Origin: Octopus sinensis
Lineage: Eukaryota
Length of the DNA stretch: 64,000 nucleotides
Reading direction: 5' to 3'
Assembly: GCF_006345805.1 (NCBI RefSeq)
Contig: NC_043001.1
Coordinates: forward strand, 71,362,001 to 71,426,000
Shown: positions 21,174 through 34,599 of the stretch, in pieces
Layout of the letters: every line of letters begins with the position of its first letter
Position numbering within the stretch: the stretch's first letter is position 1
Notes under the pieces: model-generated
What the model saw: the letters and a program-made list of their open reading frames with translations, nothing else
What the model was told of the DNA's origin: nothing
The model's database searches: none
Made by a program: the position numbers and the translations under genes

Positions 21174-21819
21174 AACTTAAAATTAGATAATCGAAGATAA
21201 ACGTGCATATATTTACAGAGTACCAGTGTGACGTTTCATGTAATTTGAATTTCAGCTTGAAGAAACGTTATTGATATATACAGATACTATTAATTCCTCT
21301 GATGTTGTAATTGCCAGAATTGGATAGTGAATAAAAATTGATTAATGTTCCTGTCATGGAAAGATAAACTATGTTATATAATGCTAAGTTATATCAGATC
21401 TCCGTGTCTGTAAATATATGCACGTTTAGGTTGCATATAATCACAGGAAACTGGCTTAGATTCGGTACCAATTCTTATGCAGTGAGTAAATGTGAATTGC
21501 GGGAAAACGGGGAGTGCTTTGTTTGGCTTATCAATATGTTATTGTGTCAATACTGCAACCTATCAGGACAGCTCGTCACGTAATTTCAAGTGAACAGTAC
21601 ACTACCATAATTTATTATGAGTATTTGCGCATGCTATGAAGTTAATTTGTTGTTTAATCTGATTAGAATAATTCATGTGCGTTTGGCGGGGACTGGAATA
21701 TTTTCTGTCCCAATCTGGCATTATGAAACTTAGCTGTTTCTCTGTGCATATTTACTACACAACCATTTATGCAAATTGAAACAAAAAGCTACAGATATGC
21801 CGATAAAGACGTATAAGCA

Positions 21820-22330
21820 TAACTGTGTGATTAAGAAGCTCGCGTAAAAGCCACATGGTTTTGGGTTCAGTCTCATTTCGCAACACTTTGGTCAAGTGCC
21901 TTCAATTACAGTCCTGTGATGACCAATGTCTTGTGAGTGAATTTAGTTGACAGAGACTGTGTAGAATCCTGTCGTATATGTATATGTGTATGTGTGTATA
22001 CGAAATAAATACAAACTCAGCAACTTAAAGCTACCGTCTGGTACAGCAACAAATGTTGGGATCTAGTATTACAGCTTATTATCCTGAATATTCGTCTTAT
22101 ATAATACTTATACTGATATATATGTATGTGTGTGTGTGTTAGTATGTATATATGTATGTACGTTTGTATGCATGTATATATGTACGTATGAGTGCATGTA
22201 TGTGTGTGAGTCTGTGTCTGTGTCCTATGGCTCTTTGACAACTGGTTTTGATTTGTTTATGCTCCCATATTTTTGCAGTCTGAGATATTAAAAATAAGTA
22301 CAGAGGTTGATTTGTTCGACTAAACAGTCA
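21820..22330 (+). mobile_element. Degenerate SINE family B pieces
   Basis: ccacatggttttgggttcagtc...cttgtgagtgaatttag... and aataagtac...ttgatttgttcgactaaa. Confidence 0.6.
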
Positions 22331-22346
22331 AGGCGAATGTGAATAT

Positions 22347-23340
22347 CTAATATTTAGTAGACATGCACTTTGCATTTTCCCATGCAAGGACCCTATTAGA
22401 CATACTACTGATCAGACGACGAATATTCTCTTGCCAAGTTTCAATCTGTAATCTCAAAAGATCTTTCTTTGAGGATACTTTTTATGAAGTGTCTTGTCCA
22501 TTATGCCCAGAGGTGTTCAATAACGTTCATATCTGGTGACTAGCTTGACCATGGAAGCTTTTTAATGCCATTCTCATACAACCAATCTTGGGTCTTTTTA
22601 GCTGTGTGACAAGGAGTCCCATCTTCCTTAAATTAAGAGTCTTCTTTAAACATCTCACCACTGGAGAAGATTAGGAGTCCTTTCGGCAATATGGAGACAT
22701 ATTTATCTGAGTTTACGTTTCCCGCATACTACTCCAGCTCTAATCAACCATTGCTCCAAATTGCTTTCCACACCATCACAGAATAGCCACTGTGTTTAAT
22801 TGTTGGCTGCAATCTTTTCACGTCAAATTCTTGGTTACAGAATCTCTAGACCCACACTCGGCCACTGTCAGAAGCTACAGCAAATCTGGACTCATCAGAG
22901 AATATGACAGTGACCCAAAATGCTAGTGGTCTCTCCGCCATCTCGCTGGACCAATCTTTTCTCCACTTCATATTGGCTGGTCGAAGAAGTGGCTTCCTTC
23001 TTGCTGATCCCCCATAGTAACCAAGTTTCTGGAGATGTTTGACAGCTGTTCTTGGACTGACATCAACTTGTTCTGCTACGTAGAGGCCTTGCAACTAGGA
23101 TACTCCTCTACACTTCTTTTAACAAAGTGAGATGTACTGTCAGAGGGCCTTGGTTTACCTGAACGAGGAGAAGTTGACTTCTTCCTCTCCTTGGTGAATT
23201 GCATAATCACTCTGTTAACTGTAGAAAGAGGAATTTCAAGGTTTTCTGTGATTTTATGCTGATTTCGTCCATTCTGATTGACCCACAATACGACCTCTTT
23301 GAAATTCAGACAGTTACAAGTTTCCTTTTGTACGAGACAT
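22347..23340 (-). pseudogene. Tc1-family transposase, disrupted
   Basis: HTH ..STVNRVI..RSGKPR, ARRKPLL, WVTVIFSDESRF, SVMVW and C-terminal STKY*. Confidence 0.9.
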
Positions 23341-23789
23341 GATTAAACATTCACATATAGCACATGAAACATAAAAATGCCAATTAATAATAAAAACATA
23401 AACCTTTTCAAGTTAAAATATACAGAAAAGAAAATTCCACGGAAGCACGCTGTTCCTTCGTTTCAGCCATCGCAAAATTCGACGAACAGAGGAGAAGAAC
23501 TGCAAAACAGACACATCACGTGGCAATACGATCTCACGCGATAATGCCGGTCGGCACGGTGATACCTGAGGATCGCATCAAGTGGCTTCTACAGGGATTG
23601 TCCCACGGGTTTGTCCCACAGAGAACGTTTCCCGTTACTTTTCGGTACCTCCTCGTAGAAATGTCTGTACTGAAGTACGCACATATATACGTATATGCAG
23701 ATATAGATATAAATGTGTGTGCATATATAAACTTTATATATACAAATATGTATACATATGTAGAAATGCAATGAACAAATAAGAAATGA

Positions 23790-24340
23790 AAAAACATGAT
23801 GTCAAATATTATATTAGTTAATCGCTTAAAACAAGGAAGGAAAATATGGCTTAACGTTTCAAACATTAGTTCTTCTTCGAAAGAAAAGGATTGGAGTTAT
23901 TAGAAAAAAGAAATGTTTTTGAGGTGGGAAAGTGGTTAAGTGAGGACTTGGGAGCCAGGTAGTAATGCAGCTATAAGGAAGAGATAAGAAGGGAGGAGTG
24001 GTCGGTCATTGAGATGCGCATAAATGTGTCAAGCGGTGTGAATTGTTTGTTGTGCGACGTAGAGGTGTATAGAGGTGTCCAGCTTGGGAAGTACAATGGT
24101 GCTAGTAGAAGTGTGAGATGTCGGTGTGTGAGTGTGTGCGTGTATGTGTTTTTGTGCGTGTGTGTATGTGTAATCGTATTGTGTATGTGAGGAATACATG
24201 AAAGTGAGGAGGTGAGAGTGGAAACGAGAGCGCGGTGAGGGTGAAGGCAAGTAAAATGTGAAGGTGTGATTGGAGTGTATGCAAGAGTAGACAGGAAAGA
24301 AGAACGTAGGTGGATGAGCAAACATCAGAAAATTCATAGT
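23790..24340 (-). repeat. PLE 3' UTR/pLTR-like relic with degenerate hammerhead
   Basis: The minus strand is C/A-rich like PLE 3' UTRs. It carries ctttt-CTTTCGA-A..GAAC-taat-GTTT-GAAACGTT-aag at ~23849-23889. Confidence 0.4.
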
Positions 24341-24373
24341 AGTGGCATATCTACAAATGTTATTCTATATATA

Positions 24374-24586
24374 TGAGGGGGTGCCGAAAAGTTCCTGGCT
24401 TTAAATGTATCGCGATAGGTCTGGTTGGAGGCCCAAACTTTCAGGTTTTTTTACAGGGCTTAGAAAAACTGAAGGACCGCTGTAATAAGTGTGTGAATCT
24501 GAGAGGGGGATATGCTGAATAAAATCATAATTAACTGATCCTACTTTTTTTTCACCCAAAGCCAGCAACTTTTCAGCACTCCTTCG
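24374..24586. mobile_element. Mariner-derived MITE
   Basis: TIRs TA|tgagggggtgccgaaaagttcctggcttt ... aaagccagcaacttttcagcactccttcg|TA. Confidence 0.85.
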
Positions 24587-25379
24587 TATAAATGTTATTC
24601 CATATATACATGGTGAAAAAAAATTCAAAAGTATATAGAAGTTGGGGTTCGATTAAAGTGTATTGGATCAATTTGTTCGAACAATCAACTAAATATTATT
24701 GTAACATTGGTCACTTGTAGATGAACTTTAAATTTGGCACCTGATCGGCAAACTGTCCAGATATTATTTAATCGAAAATTGATTTATTGGAAAAGCCATG
24801 TAATTGAACTTGCAGAGTTTCAGTTTAGTTACTAACCTCGTTAAGTAGAACTATAGTTGAATATTCTTTGTAATAAGCCATGAGAACTGATACAAAACAA
24901 AAATATAAACAAAAGCAACAATGCAATCTATGTGTTAAAAACAGAAAAAATGACGCACATTCTTAAATGAAAAGTATAATGAAAGAATATTAAAACACGA
25001 ATCTAAACAATCGAGGGAGAAAAATATTATAAGTGATGTAAAAGTTGGTGAGTCGTTCCGAAGAGAGTTTAAAGAAAATAGCGCTACAAATATAATATAG
25101 TTTCTGAGAGACTATTGATTTTGGAGACTTATGTTTTTATTGTTCAGAATATTTTTTTAAAACTCGTGGTCTATATTATCGTTGTATCTTGGCTGAAGTC
25201 AATTTATTTCTATGGTTTTATTCCAGTTTATGACATTTTTCCTGTAATCGATATAAACAGTTGTCATAGGGATTCAACACTTGAAGTAACCGAGACAAAC
25301 ACTATGTAAAACTAAACTTTGCGCCACGGATATATAGATATACAAATATATACATACACACACATAATACATATATATA

Positions 25380-25423
<44 letters not shown>

Positions 25424-25463
25424 ATTTTATATACATATGTATATGTATATATATATATATAAA

Positions 25464-25532
<69 letters not shown>

Positions 25533-25715
25533 ATAAATGAAAGAATGGAGTCGAACGAAGATTTTAACAAAATTCCTTTACTCTCAACACATGTTTCGAA
25601 GATTGCATACTCTTAATTCCGATGATAGTGTAAGTGCGTGTATGCACATACACACAGACATATACGAGTACACACAAATACATGCGCAGTAGAGAGATAT
25701 TAAGAACTCAAATAT

Positions 25716-25807
<92 letters not shown>

Positions 25808-25939
25808 GATATATATATATACAGATATATATGTAAGTATGTATGTGTGTGCGTGTACATGTATTGCACATATACAATCATGCACTCCGCATAAATATTG
25901 ATTGAGAATATAAGTATATATACATTTTTTATCTTCTAT

Positions 25940-26225
25940 TTTTAACTTGTTTTGGGGGAATTTGCTGAACAGCTAAGCTAGGGGACGTAAATACAGTAAC
26001 AATGGTTGTTAAGCGCTGGCGGGGAGGAGACAAACAGAAGCATAAAAATAGACACACACACATCACATGCATATATACACACGACCGGTTTCTTTCAGTT
26101 TGCGTCTACTAAATTCACTCACAAAACTTTGGTCGGCTCCATGCTATACGAGAAGACACTTGCCTAATAGCGGGACTGAACTCTAAACCATATGATTATG
26201 AGGAAAACTGCCTACCACACAGCCT
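25940..26225 (-). mobile_element. SINE family B, degenerate
   Basis: ttctttcagtttgcgtctactaaattcactcacaaaactttggtcggc...gggactgaac. Confidence 0.7.
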
Positions 26226-26529
26226 CCCTCACACATATTTTTATATTTTGTTACGTTTAGACAAAGGAAACAACAAATGGAATAAACAGGTCCGTACGAT
26301 TCAGTTATGTATTGAAAGATAGTAAAAACTTACAACTGTGATAGCACAAAGCTGTTACAAATTATTTGAGTTCAAAGCACAAAGCTGTTACAAAATGATT
26401 GAGTATGTCAGTTCTTGGTAGCGAAAAGTCCAATGCCTGGGATTGTGGTCGAAATTTTCTTTGTTTGTTCCAAATTCTCAGCAAAACGATAAAAGAAATA
26501 TGGAGGTAACTTTATCTTCTTGTTTATTA

Positions 26530-26620
26530 TTACTGTATCCTCAAAGCCAGATCTTTTGAGATTTCTGCTTGAAACTTGGCAAAGAATATTCGTCGTCTAA
26601 TCAGTAGTATGCCTACGTTG
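26530..26620 (+). pseudogene. Tc1 transposase C-terminal fragment, paralog of 22390-22480
   Basis: The reverse complement aligns with 22400-22478 (IRRLISSM). Confidence 0.6.
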
Positions 26621-27732
26621 GTCCCCCACTACACAGAAGGGAGGAAGGTAGATGACAGCGAGTTCAGGAGGAAGACAGAATGATTTTGTCTGTCATTTAA
26701 GCAGCAGCAGAGAAAGAGATCGAAAGACGTTTCTTAGAGAAAGATGAGATAGTGAAAGTTGTATGAATCATGGCTGACTGCTCGTGGTCGTCTCATTTCA
26801 CCCACTGTTTTTTGCTTTATAAAATTTTAGTATTTATAATAAGTGCAAAATAGCGAGAAAGAGAGGCATATCGCCGAGAACTATGGGAAAACTGATGTGG
26901 GTAGCTCTTTATCTCATTTCGATTTTTGATGATATAGAAGGTTAGGGATCAAAAGGGAAAACTTAAACCGGCTTGGCATAGGCCATGTGCTGAGTGTCAC
27001 TGTTTCAACTATGTTTTTTTCTGTGAGGAAATGCCGTTGTAATGTTATGGGGAATTCTATACATTCAGGTTCGCATCTATATGCCCAAACGAAATCAACC
27101 ATATTACTTCCCTAGGAAAACACATTCTCGTAACACTATGTATATATATATATACGCGCACGTCCACATACACACGCACATGTATGTATGTATGTATGTA
27201 TGTATGTATGTATACATACTATACATGCATACATACATACATACATACATACATACATACATACATACATACATACATACAGACGTACGTACATATGTAC
27301 GTACGTATGTATGTATATATTTATATAATGAAATGTGTTTGTGTACAACCATATTTAACACGTTCGTGAAATTCACTGATGTGGAAATATGTATTTTCGC
27401 TTATATTTTCTATAATGAGATTTTTCTCGCGAGATGATTTCTTCAATGAAAGATCTTATACATCCTTGTGTACGTGAATGTATTAAATATGGGAGTGCTC
27501 ACATATATTTCGATCAAAGTTGCTTAGTGCACATCTTGTTGATTAATTCCAGAATGATTAAGCTCTGCGCACATCAATAAATGTACTATCTGTAGCGAGT
27601 AAAGTGTAACGACGCAGAAACCCATGTGTCCTAAGATCCGATAACATCAATCATAACGTGTTCTCTTTAGATGATTTTCTACAGAGATTCTTTCCGTAGC
27701 GAAATGACTCCTCACGTCTGACTGTACACATC

Positions 27733-27782
<50 letters not shown>

Positions 27783-27929
27783 TACTGTAGTGGTTGTAGT
27801 AATATATTCCTTTGGAATAGTTTACTATAAATCCTTAAGTTAGGGAATACCCTCTTGATTAATGCAAAAAAAATAACCCTACTAACGAACAGCTTACACA
27901 AAAAGCATCTGAGGAAAATATTGCTTTTC

Positions 27930-28595
27930 AAGTTTTGGTACAAGGCCAGCAATTACGGGGGAGGGATAAGTCGGTTATGCTGATCCCACTGCCCAGCTGG
28001 TACCTATATCCCGGAGGGATGAAAAGTAAAGTCAACCTCAGCGGAATTTGAACTCAGAACGTAAGAACGGACGAAATGCTGCTAATCCTTTTGCCAGGCG
28101 TTCTAAACATTCTGCCAGCTCACTGCCTTATGTGAGCAAAAATAATGGTTCTAAATTTTCGCACAGGACCAGCAATTTCGAGGGAAGGTATAAGTTGATT
28201 ACATCGACCCCAATGCTCAACTGGCATTTCTTTTATCGACCTTGAAAGGATGAAACTACCTGGACGGAATTTGAACTTAGAACATAAAGACAGACGAAAT
28301 GTCGCAAAGCCTTTGCCCGGTACGCTAACAATTCTGCCAGTTCACCGCCTTATGTGAGTAAAATTTTGATTTTAAATTTTAGCAGAAACCCAGCAAGTGC
28401 GGGATAGGGAATAAGTCGAATTTATTGATCCCAGTACTCAACTGGTACTTATTTTATCGACCCCGAAAGAATGAAAAACAAAACTGACCTCGGCATAATT
28501 TGAGATCAGAACGTAAAAGCAGACGAAATACCGCTAAGCATCTTACCCGGTGTACAAACAGTTCTGCCAGCTCACCGCCCTATGTGAGCATAATC
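27930..28595 (-). mobile_element. Three tandem SINE family A units (~220-230-bp period)
   Basis: Each unit ends ctgccag(c/t)tcac(c/t)gcc(t/c)tatgtgag at ~28112, ~28333 and ~28564. Confidence 0.85.
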
Positions 28596-31369
28596 TTGAT
28601 TACCAAAAATATTAACTATCGCAGAGACTTTTTCACTTACAGTCAACTACATGTGGTTATGTAAAGCTACTGTTTCTTTACCTCTCTACCGGCTGCTGGT
28701 AAAACTTATCCTTAGACTTAGACTGTAGGTATGTCTCTATTTATGTGCATACGTAAATATGCTTCATGAACAGAAGATTGTATGAGTGTATGAGTGAGCG
28801 TGTACCATGTGTTGGGCGTTCATCAATGGCATACTTTTTATCATGTTTACAACCTCCCTATCACTGCTTGTCAATTTTAATGTTCATCTTTTGACTTTGT
28901 TTCCTTTTGTTAACTCTCCTTGCGCTTTTTTATTTCATTTCTCTCCTCCACTGTCTATAGGATGTAAAACGTTACTTGAGGAATCAATCAGCCGACAAAC
29001 ATGTATGTCAGCTATTATTATATAGAGACGAGCAATGTTGCGTATTAGTCTGTTGATTAAGCACTTATTTGATCCTTCGTACCTAGGAGTACGCCTTGGC
29101 GGACGCGATTTCCTTTCGCTATACCTCAGACGGCCACATGATTGTGTGATTACAGTTACAAAATCAGCAGAAACATTTTCAGCTGTAAACACAAAATTGT
29201 GTGGCTGCCATCTTTTGCACTTTCCAAGGGCATATTGAGTTTATTGGTTGGTCGGTTAAAAAATTTGCATGTGATGCACATGGGCATTGTTTTAATACAT
29301 TGTACCCTACGGATTTTATTGAAGTTTTGCAATCATGTAGTGTAACTAGGTAAAGTTTAAGATGGTCACACATACTTTTCTAAGTTTATATTCACGAGAC
29401 CATTGAATGAATACAAATTCTGTAAATGAATAAAACACTTGTCAATTTTACAGTTCTTCCTTAGTTTTTCAGGAAGAGACGTTATATTTTCTAGTATTTT
29501 CTAGTATACAGAAGTAAATTTGAAGCTGTGGAAACGTTGCGAAAGTGGTAAATATATGCGAATTCTAGTTGTTTGATTCTCTGCTTACATAATCACCTAT
29601 ACGTCATTTTTGGACAAGATAGTCATCTAAATTTCTTACGTTATATCTAGCTAAATTGAGTGATTGATTGATTGACATACTTTTAGAATGTTGGGCGCAT
29701 TATTTCTGACGGCTCTTTACGTATTCAGTTCAAATTCCGTCGACGTCAACTTTGCTTTTTCTATATCTGGAGTGAAGTGAAGAATCGGAGTCGATTTAAT
29801 AACCAGATATTCCTCAACCCCAGCTTTCTGTTTTGTATCATTTGTTTGAAACAATTATATCTAGCTAATGAGCTAAAATTAATTATCTTTGTCATATGTT
29901 ACTGCACAGAGATATTTTAGTTCGCTATCAACCAAATTACAAAAGCTGACCCGAATATATACCTACAGGAAAAAAGAATAACCTGTAGTTAATGTCATCG
30001 TTCATCTAACGAGAGTTGTATCTTGAAGACAGTTTAGTTTCTCACTGGAAAACCATAAAGGCCACAGCTTCGCAAGTGTTTTTCTGGTACTTCAAAGTAG
30101 TCAGTAGAAATAAATTCAATTCAATAGCGTTCGCATATTAAGCATTGTGTAATTCTTACTTTATGTCTGCTCTCATGGCTTACCATATGAGAAATATATT
30201 TAGATAGATAGATAGAAAAAGAAAGAGAGAGAGAGAGAGGAGGGGGAGAGATGGGATAGGGATAGAGGAATGGAATTATGTTATCTTAGATCTCTTATAT
30301 AATATTGACATGGAGATTGGAAAGGTATATTTTTTCCTTTTTTTAACTGAATCGATAAAAAAAACATATTCACGATAGAGTGAGCACTGTAAGATTAGAT
30401 AAAAGATAAATGCTTTCTCATCATATCCAATGGTTTGAAACGCATCAAAAAATGTCAAAGCAAATAGCTGGTTGGGTATAAGTAGTCTCTGAATGTCTTA
30501 GAACCGTTACAATACAATCTGAACGAAGTTATGTTCCATCTCTATTAGTCTGCACCTTAAACTGTTTTCTGTCTGTTCTGAGTACTTTATGACATCAGAT
30601 AAGACGGAAGAATAGCCATTAAGGAAGGAAAGAGGCCTATCTTCCACGTGACAGTAATAACTCCTGACATATCGGATTTAGATTTGAAAAAGAGGATGGG
30701 AACAGATTATTGCTATTTTTCTCTTAGAAACATTTCTTTATTTTCGAAATACGGATTATTTCCTGTATATCTCTTATAGCATCCTATGTGTGGTTGCGGC
30801 TGGGTGTCTCTATGTTTCAGTGGTTGGGAGATTAGGCGAGAGACGAAAGTTAAAAACACATAAAAGATATAAGACATTTTGGTATTGCGACAGCAGCTTT
30901 CTGCTATATTTGGGATTTGGTCTTTATGATTCCTTTGTCTCCACTGGCAATAACTGAAGTTATCGTGGCTCACCTATTTATTCAAGGTGACTGGTGATTC
31001 AAACTGGACGAGTGTGAACCCTGCACGGAAAGCTAATACAGCGTTAACCATCCACACATTATGTTCACGTTAATTTTGGTGAAATATGCTTCTGTCATAA
31101 TCAATAGCGATAGGTGTTAAGGAATTGGGACAGCATGTTTCCTGTTACACATCAGTTTATATGGTACTGAGGATTTCGATAATAAACCGAATGTGTGATA
31201 TATGTGCATCTGTGTGCGTATATTCATTCATGTGTATACTTACATACATATGTGTACATATATGTATATGTATGTGTGCATGTATGTATGTATATACGTA
31301 CATACATATATGTATGTGTATGTATGTGTGTTTATAGTATCGAATGATTATACTGACGAGTGTTATACT

Positions 31370-31580
31370 ACGAGGGGTGTTCATTAGAGATTTCCCCTGA
31401 TTCACTTCCGGTTATTGCAGGAAACAGAACTTGTACATGTATACTTATACAAGTCTCTAAATGTCACATTGTAAATTGCAGATTTCCACTAGTATTCGTT
31501 TGTCCTTTACGGACAAACGAATACTGAAGCGGACTAAGGTGTTATAATAGAGGCAGTGGGATGCAGATCAGTGATCAGGT
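31370..31580 (+). mobile_element. Mariner 5' end fragment
   Basis: TA|cgaggggtgttcattagagatttcccctgattcacttcc resembles the TIR at 44590. Confidence 0.65.
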
Positions 31581-31664
31581 GAAAAAAAAACATACAACAC
31601 ACATATATGTGCGTGAGTATTTATCTACCTATGTGTCACACACATATATTTATGAGTATCTATC

Positions 31665-31671
31665 TGTGCGT

Positions 31672-31747
<76 letters not shown>

Positions 31748-31765
31748 ATGTGTATGTGTGTGTTG
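31665..31765. repeat. (TG)n microsatellite
   Basis: Read directly from the sequence. Confidence 0.95.
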
Positions 31766-31794
31766 TGTTTCTGTGATTGAGATTTTGATATACT

Positions 31795-31962
31795 GATTTC
31801 AAATTTTGGCACAAGGCAAGTAATTTCGGGGAGAGGGGTAAGTCGATTACATAGCACCCAATGTTCCACCGGTACTTATTTTATCGAGCTCGCAATGATG
31901 AAAGGTAAAGTCGACCTCGGCGGAATTTGAACTCAGGACATAAAGACGGACGAAATGCGGCG
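31795..31962 (-). mobile_element. SINE family A
   Basis: ggtacttattttatcga...aaagtcgacctcggcggaatttgaactcag. Confidence 0.8.
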
Positions 31963-32616
31963 AGCCTTCGGTGTTTGTTATATTTTCTTCAGTGTTTCTT
32001 ATATTGGAAGACATATCTTTGGTGGTATAGATGTTCAGTGAAACTTGGGTGGGTGGGGGATCAGAATTTGTAGGAGTGTTGGGGGTCTAGTAGTGTGTTA
32101 TAAACATTTTATTTCATATACAATTTTGTTTCTTGATCTGCTTACTGGTTGTGCATTTATGATGTTGGATGCGATGAAGATTGAGCTGATCCCATCGAAT
32201 AACAACAGAAAGGAGCGTAGATCAATATGTTCCACTGAGCCATTTTATATAGAATATGTGGATGCTAAAAAGGAAAACCAAATTAAGGGCAATCTAAGAA
32301 ACAGCATAACTCTATGAAATATTTCCTTGTTGGAGGTAGTTTATGATTTATCGAAGTATGTATAGAAATAATCATACGAACTACTAAAAGTATAAAGAGA
32401 TTTTACATGCTTGCGCGTTTTTTTACTCTCTAAGTATAAATTTGTATGTGCGCATATATTTATCCCAATATATGTGTGTGTGTGTGTGTATGTGTTTATG
32501 TATGTAAATACGTGTCTGTGTGTGCGCGTGTGCCTGTGTATGTGTAGTTGTGTGTGACAGTTATTGCTATTGAGAATTTTATGACGTACGTGCACCTATG
32601 TGTATGTGTGTGCATG

Positions 32617-32695
<79 letters not shown>

Positions 32696-32777
32696 ATATA
32701 TTCATGTATGTACGTATATGTATGTGTAACACATGAACACTCAGTTCCTCAATTAGATTATTTCAGGAAAGTAATAA

Positions 32778-32882
32778 TTTCTTCTTCTTCTTCTTCTTCT
32801 TCTCTTCTTCTTCTTCTTCTTCTTCTTCTTCTTCTTCTTCTTTTCCTCCTCTTCTTCTTCTTTCTACTTCACCACCTCCTCC
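32778..32882. repeat. (CTT)n microsatellite
   Basis: Read directly from the sequence. Confidence 0.95.
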
Positions 32883-33599
32883 ATTTCTAACTTTTCTCTT
32901 CAACTTAATATCTATTTATCCAATTGAAATCGGATTTTTTTGTTTTGCTTTTAGTTTATTTTTACTCAATTTGTATATTTTTTATTCCAATCTAATATCT
33001 AATTAAAATTATATTCGGGTTTTGGGGTGTGAAATAAGGAAAATGTAATTCAAAGTCAGAAAATTAAATTTACCAAACTATACCAACATTTCGCATCGTA
33101 AATACATTCTCAAAATTCGTTCAACCTCTAATTTTAATAGAATTTTTTTTGTGTATATATCTACTGAATGTTGAGTAAAAGTTTCGAAATAAATAGAATA
33201 GACCATTTAGAACTTTATTCTGAATAGTAAACATTGAATGCAAAATAGAGAATTAAAGATTCCTCTTTTTTTATTATTTGGGCAGAATACAACGACCGTG
33301 CATATCGCCTTTGCAGACACCCCAAGGTAGTAAGATTCATACATTTATTAACTAGTTTGCTCATCGATATATCTCCTAGTTAAGAGATATACATAAGGAG
33401 AATTATTTTAAATTGACACGTTTTTTAGGGCATTTTTGAGAGAGGTGATATTTTCGGGGTTTTTTTGTTTGTTTTTTTTCGTTTTTCTTTTTTTTTTCGT
33501 AGTACTAGTACTTGTAAGGCTGGTTACCATGACCGAGATCGCAGCATTTCTCATATGGCAGGGTTGATCAGCCGTCCATCCGTTGCAGGGTTCATGGCT

Positions 33600-34035
33600 G
33601 GAATTGACACCAGTATCTGACTGGTGCTTTTTTTTATCGACCGTGATGGAATGAAAGCCAAGATTCACTTCGGCAAGATTTGAACTCAGAAAGTAAATAA
33701 TCCGGTTGAAATACTTCAAAGAATTTTATCTGCCGTGTTTACAACTCAACCAACTCGTCATCTTATTTTCATATTTAATTGTTATACATTTGGTTAAGGC
33801 GGCGTGCTGTTAGAATCGTAAGCATGCTGGGCAAAATACTTTAGCGGCATTTTGTTCTGAGTTCGACTTTGCCGAGTTCGACTTTGCCGAGTTCGACTTT
33901 GCCGAGTTCGACTTTGCCTTTCATCCTTTTAGGGTCGATAAAATAAAGTAGCGGTTGAACGTTGGGGTCAATGTAATCGACTTATCCTTACCCATACATT
34001 GCTGGCATTATGCCAAAATTTGAGGCTATTATTAT
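33600..34035. mobile_element. Two divergently oriented SINE family A copies (minus 33600-33765; plus 33798-34030 with a 15-bp unit x4)
   Basis: Family A motifs on both strands; (gagttcgactttgcc)x4 at ~33859-33918. Confidence 0.8.
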
Positions 34036-34104
34036 ACATTGTTTAAGTAGTTGCACTGGCAGAATATTTACCGCGCCGGATAAAATGCTGTTAGTGATTT
34101 TAAT

Positions 34105-34590
34105 GACATTTGCATCCAGAACGTAAAGCCGGTAAAAAGTACAACGAAGTTCTCGGGGAGATTCTGAACGCCGACAAGAACGAACTGGTTAGTCTGTCCA
34201 AGAGGGCTTTCCGGTCAGGAACTATCATGGATAATTTTCAGTTGTCCTTAGCCTGGCAGTGCTACCGGTTCGAGATAAAATCCACAGGCACAGATGTGCA
34301 GTCGGATTTGCGCACAGAATGACGAAACCGGTCTATACCGTAACGTGTGGGACGGATCCGTCTGTGGGGCGAGTATGCAAGCCAGCTTTCCTTTGCGTGG
34401 TGGATGTGACGAAAGTGGTTGTTTGGTGGACAAGGCTGAAAGGCATCAGGACAGATACATTCTTTTTTGATAGAGCTCTCATCGACTTCTTCAAGTTTCA
34501 CTTGAAAAGAAAATTGAGAGTGGATAGGGAAGTGCTGTCCTCAAGCGAGTTTATTGAAAGGTGGGTGAAAGTGTGCGGTGTGCTTCTGTT
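34105..34590 (+). pseudogene. Tx1/L1-like LINE ORF2 C-terminal fragment
   Basis: LAWQCYR...DETGLY..VC...FFKFHLKRKLRVDREVLSSSEFIERW, typical of the L1/Tx1 C-terminus. Confidence 0.55.
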
Positions 34591-34599
34591 CAGATTGCC

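Noticed and set aside
26340-26405. 33-bp tandem duplication; similar small ones at 2742-2784, 18112-18230 and 62970-63026
   Set aside because: Ordinary local slippage duplications with no further structure.
22400-26612. ~80-bp inverted match 4.2 kb apart as TIRs of one large transposon
   Set aside because: Both arms are the C-terminal coding part of Tc1 transposases, not termini, and there is no TSD.
27930-28595. CRISPR-like array
   Set aside because: The units are whole diverged SINEs with no repeat-spacer structure, in eukaryotic DNA with no cas genes.
28935-29238. Short ORFs in unique sequence as host exons
   Set aside because: No recognisable domain or convincing splice signals; kept only as an unexplained unique region.
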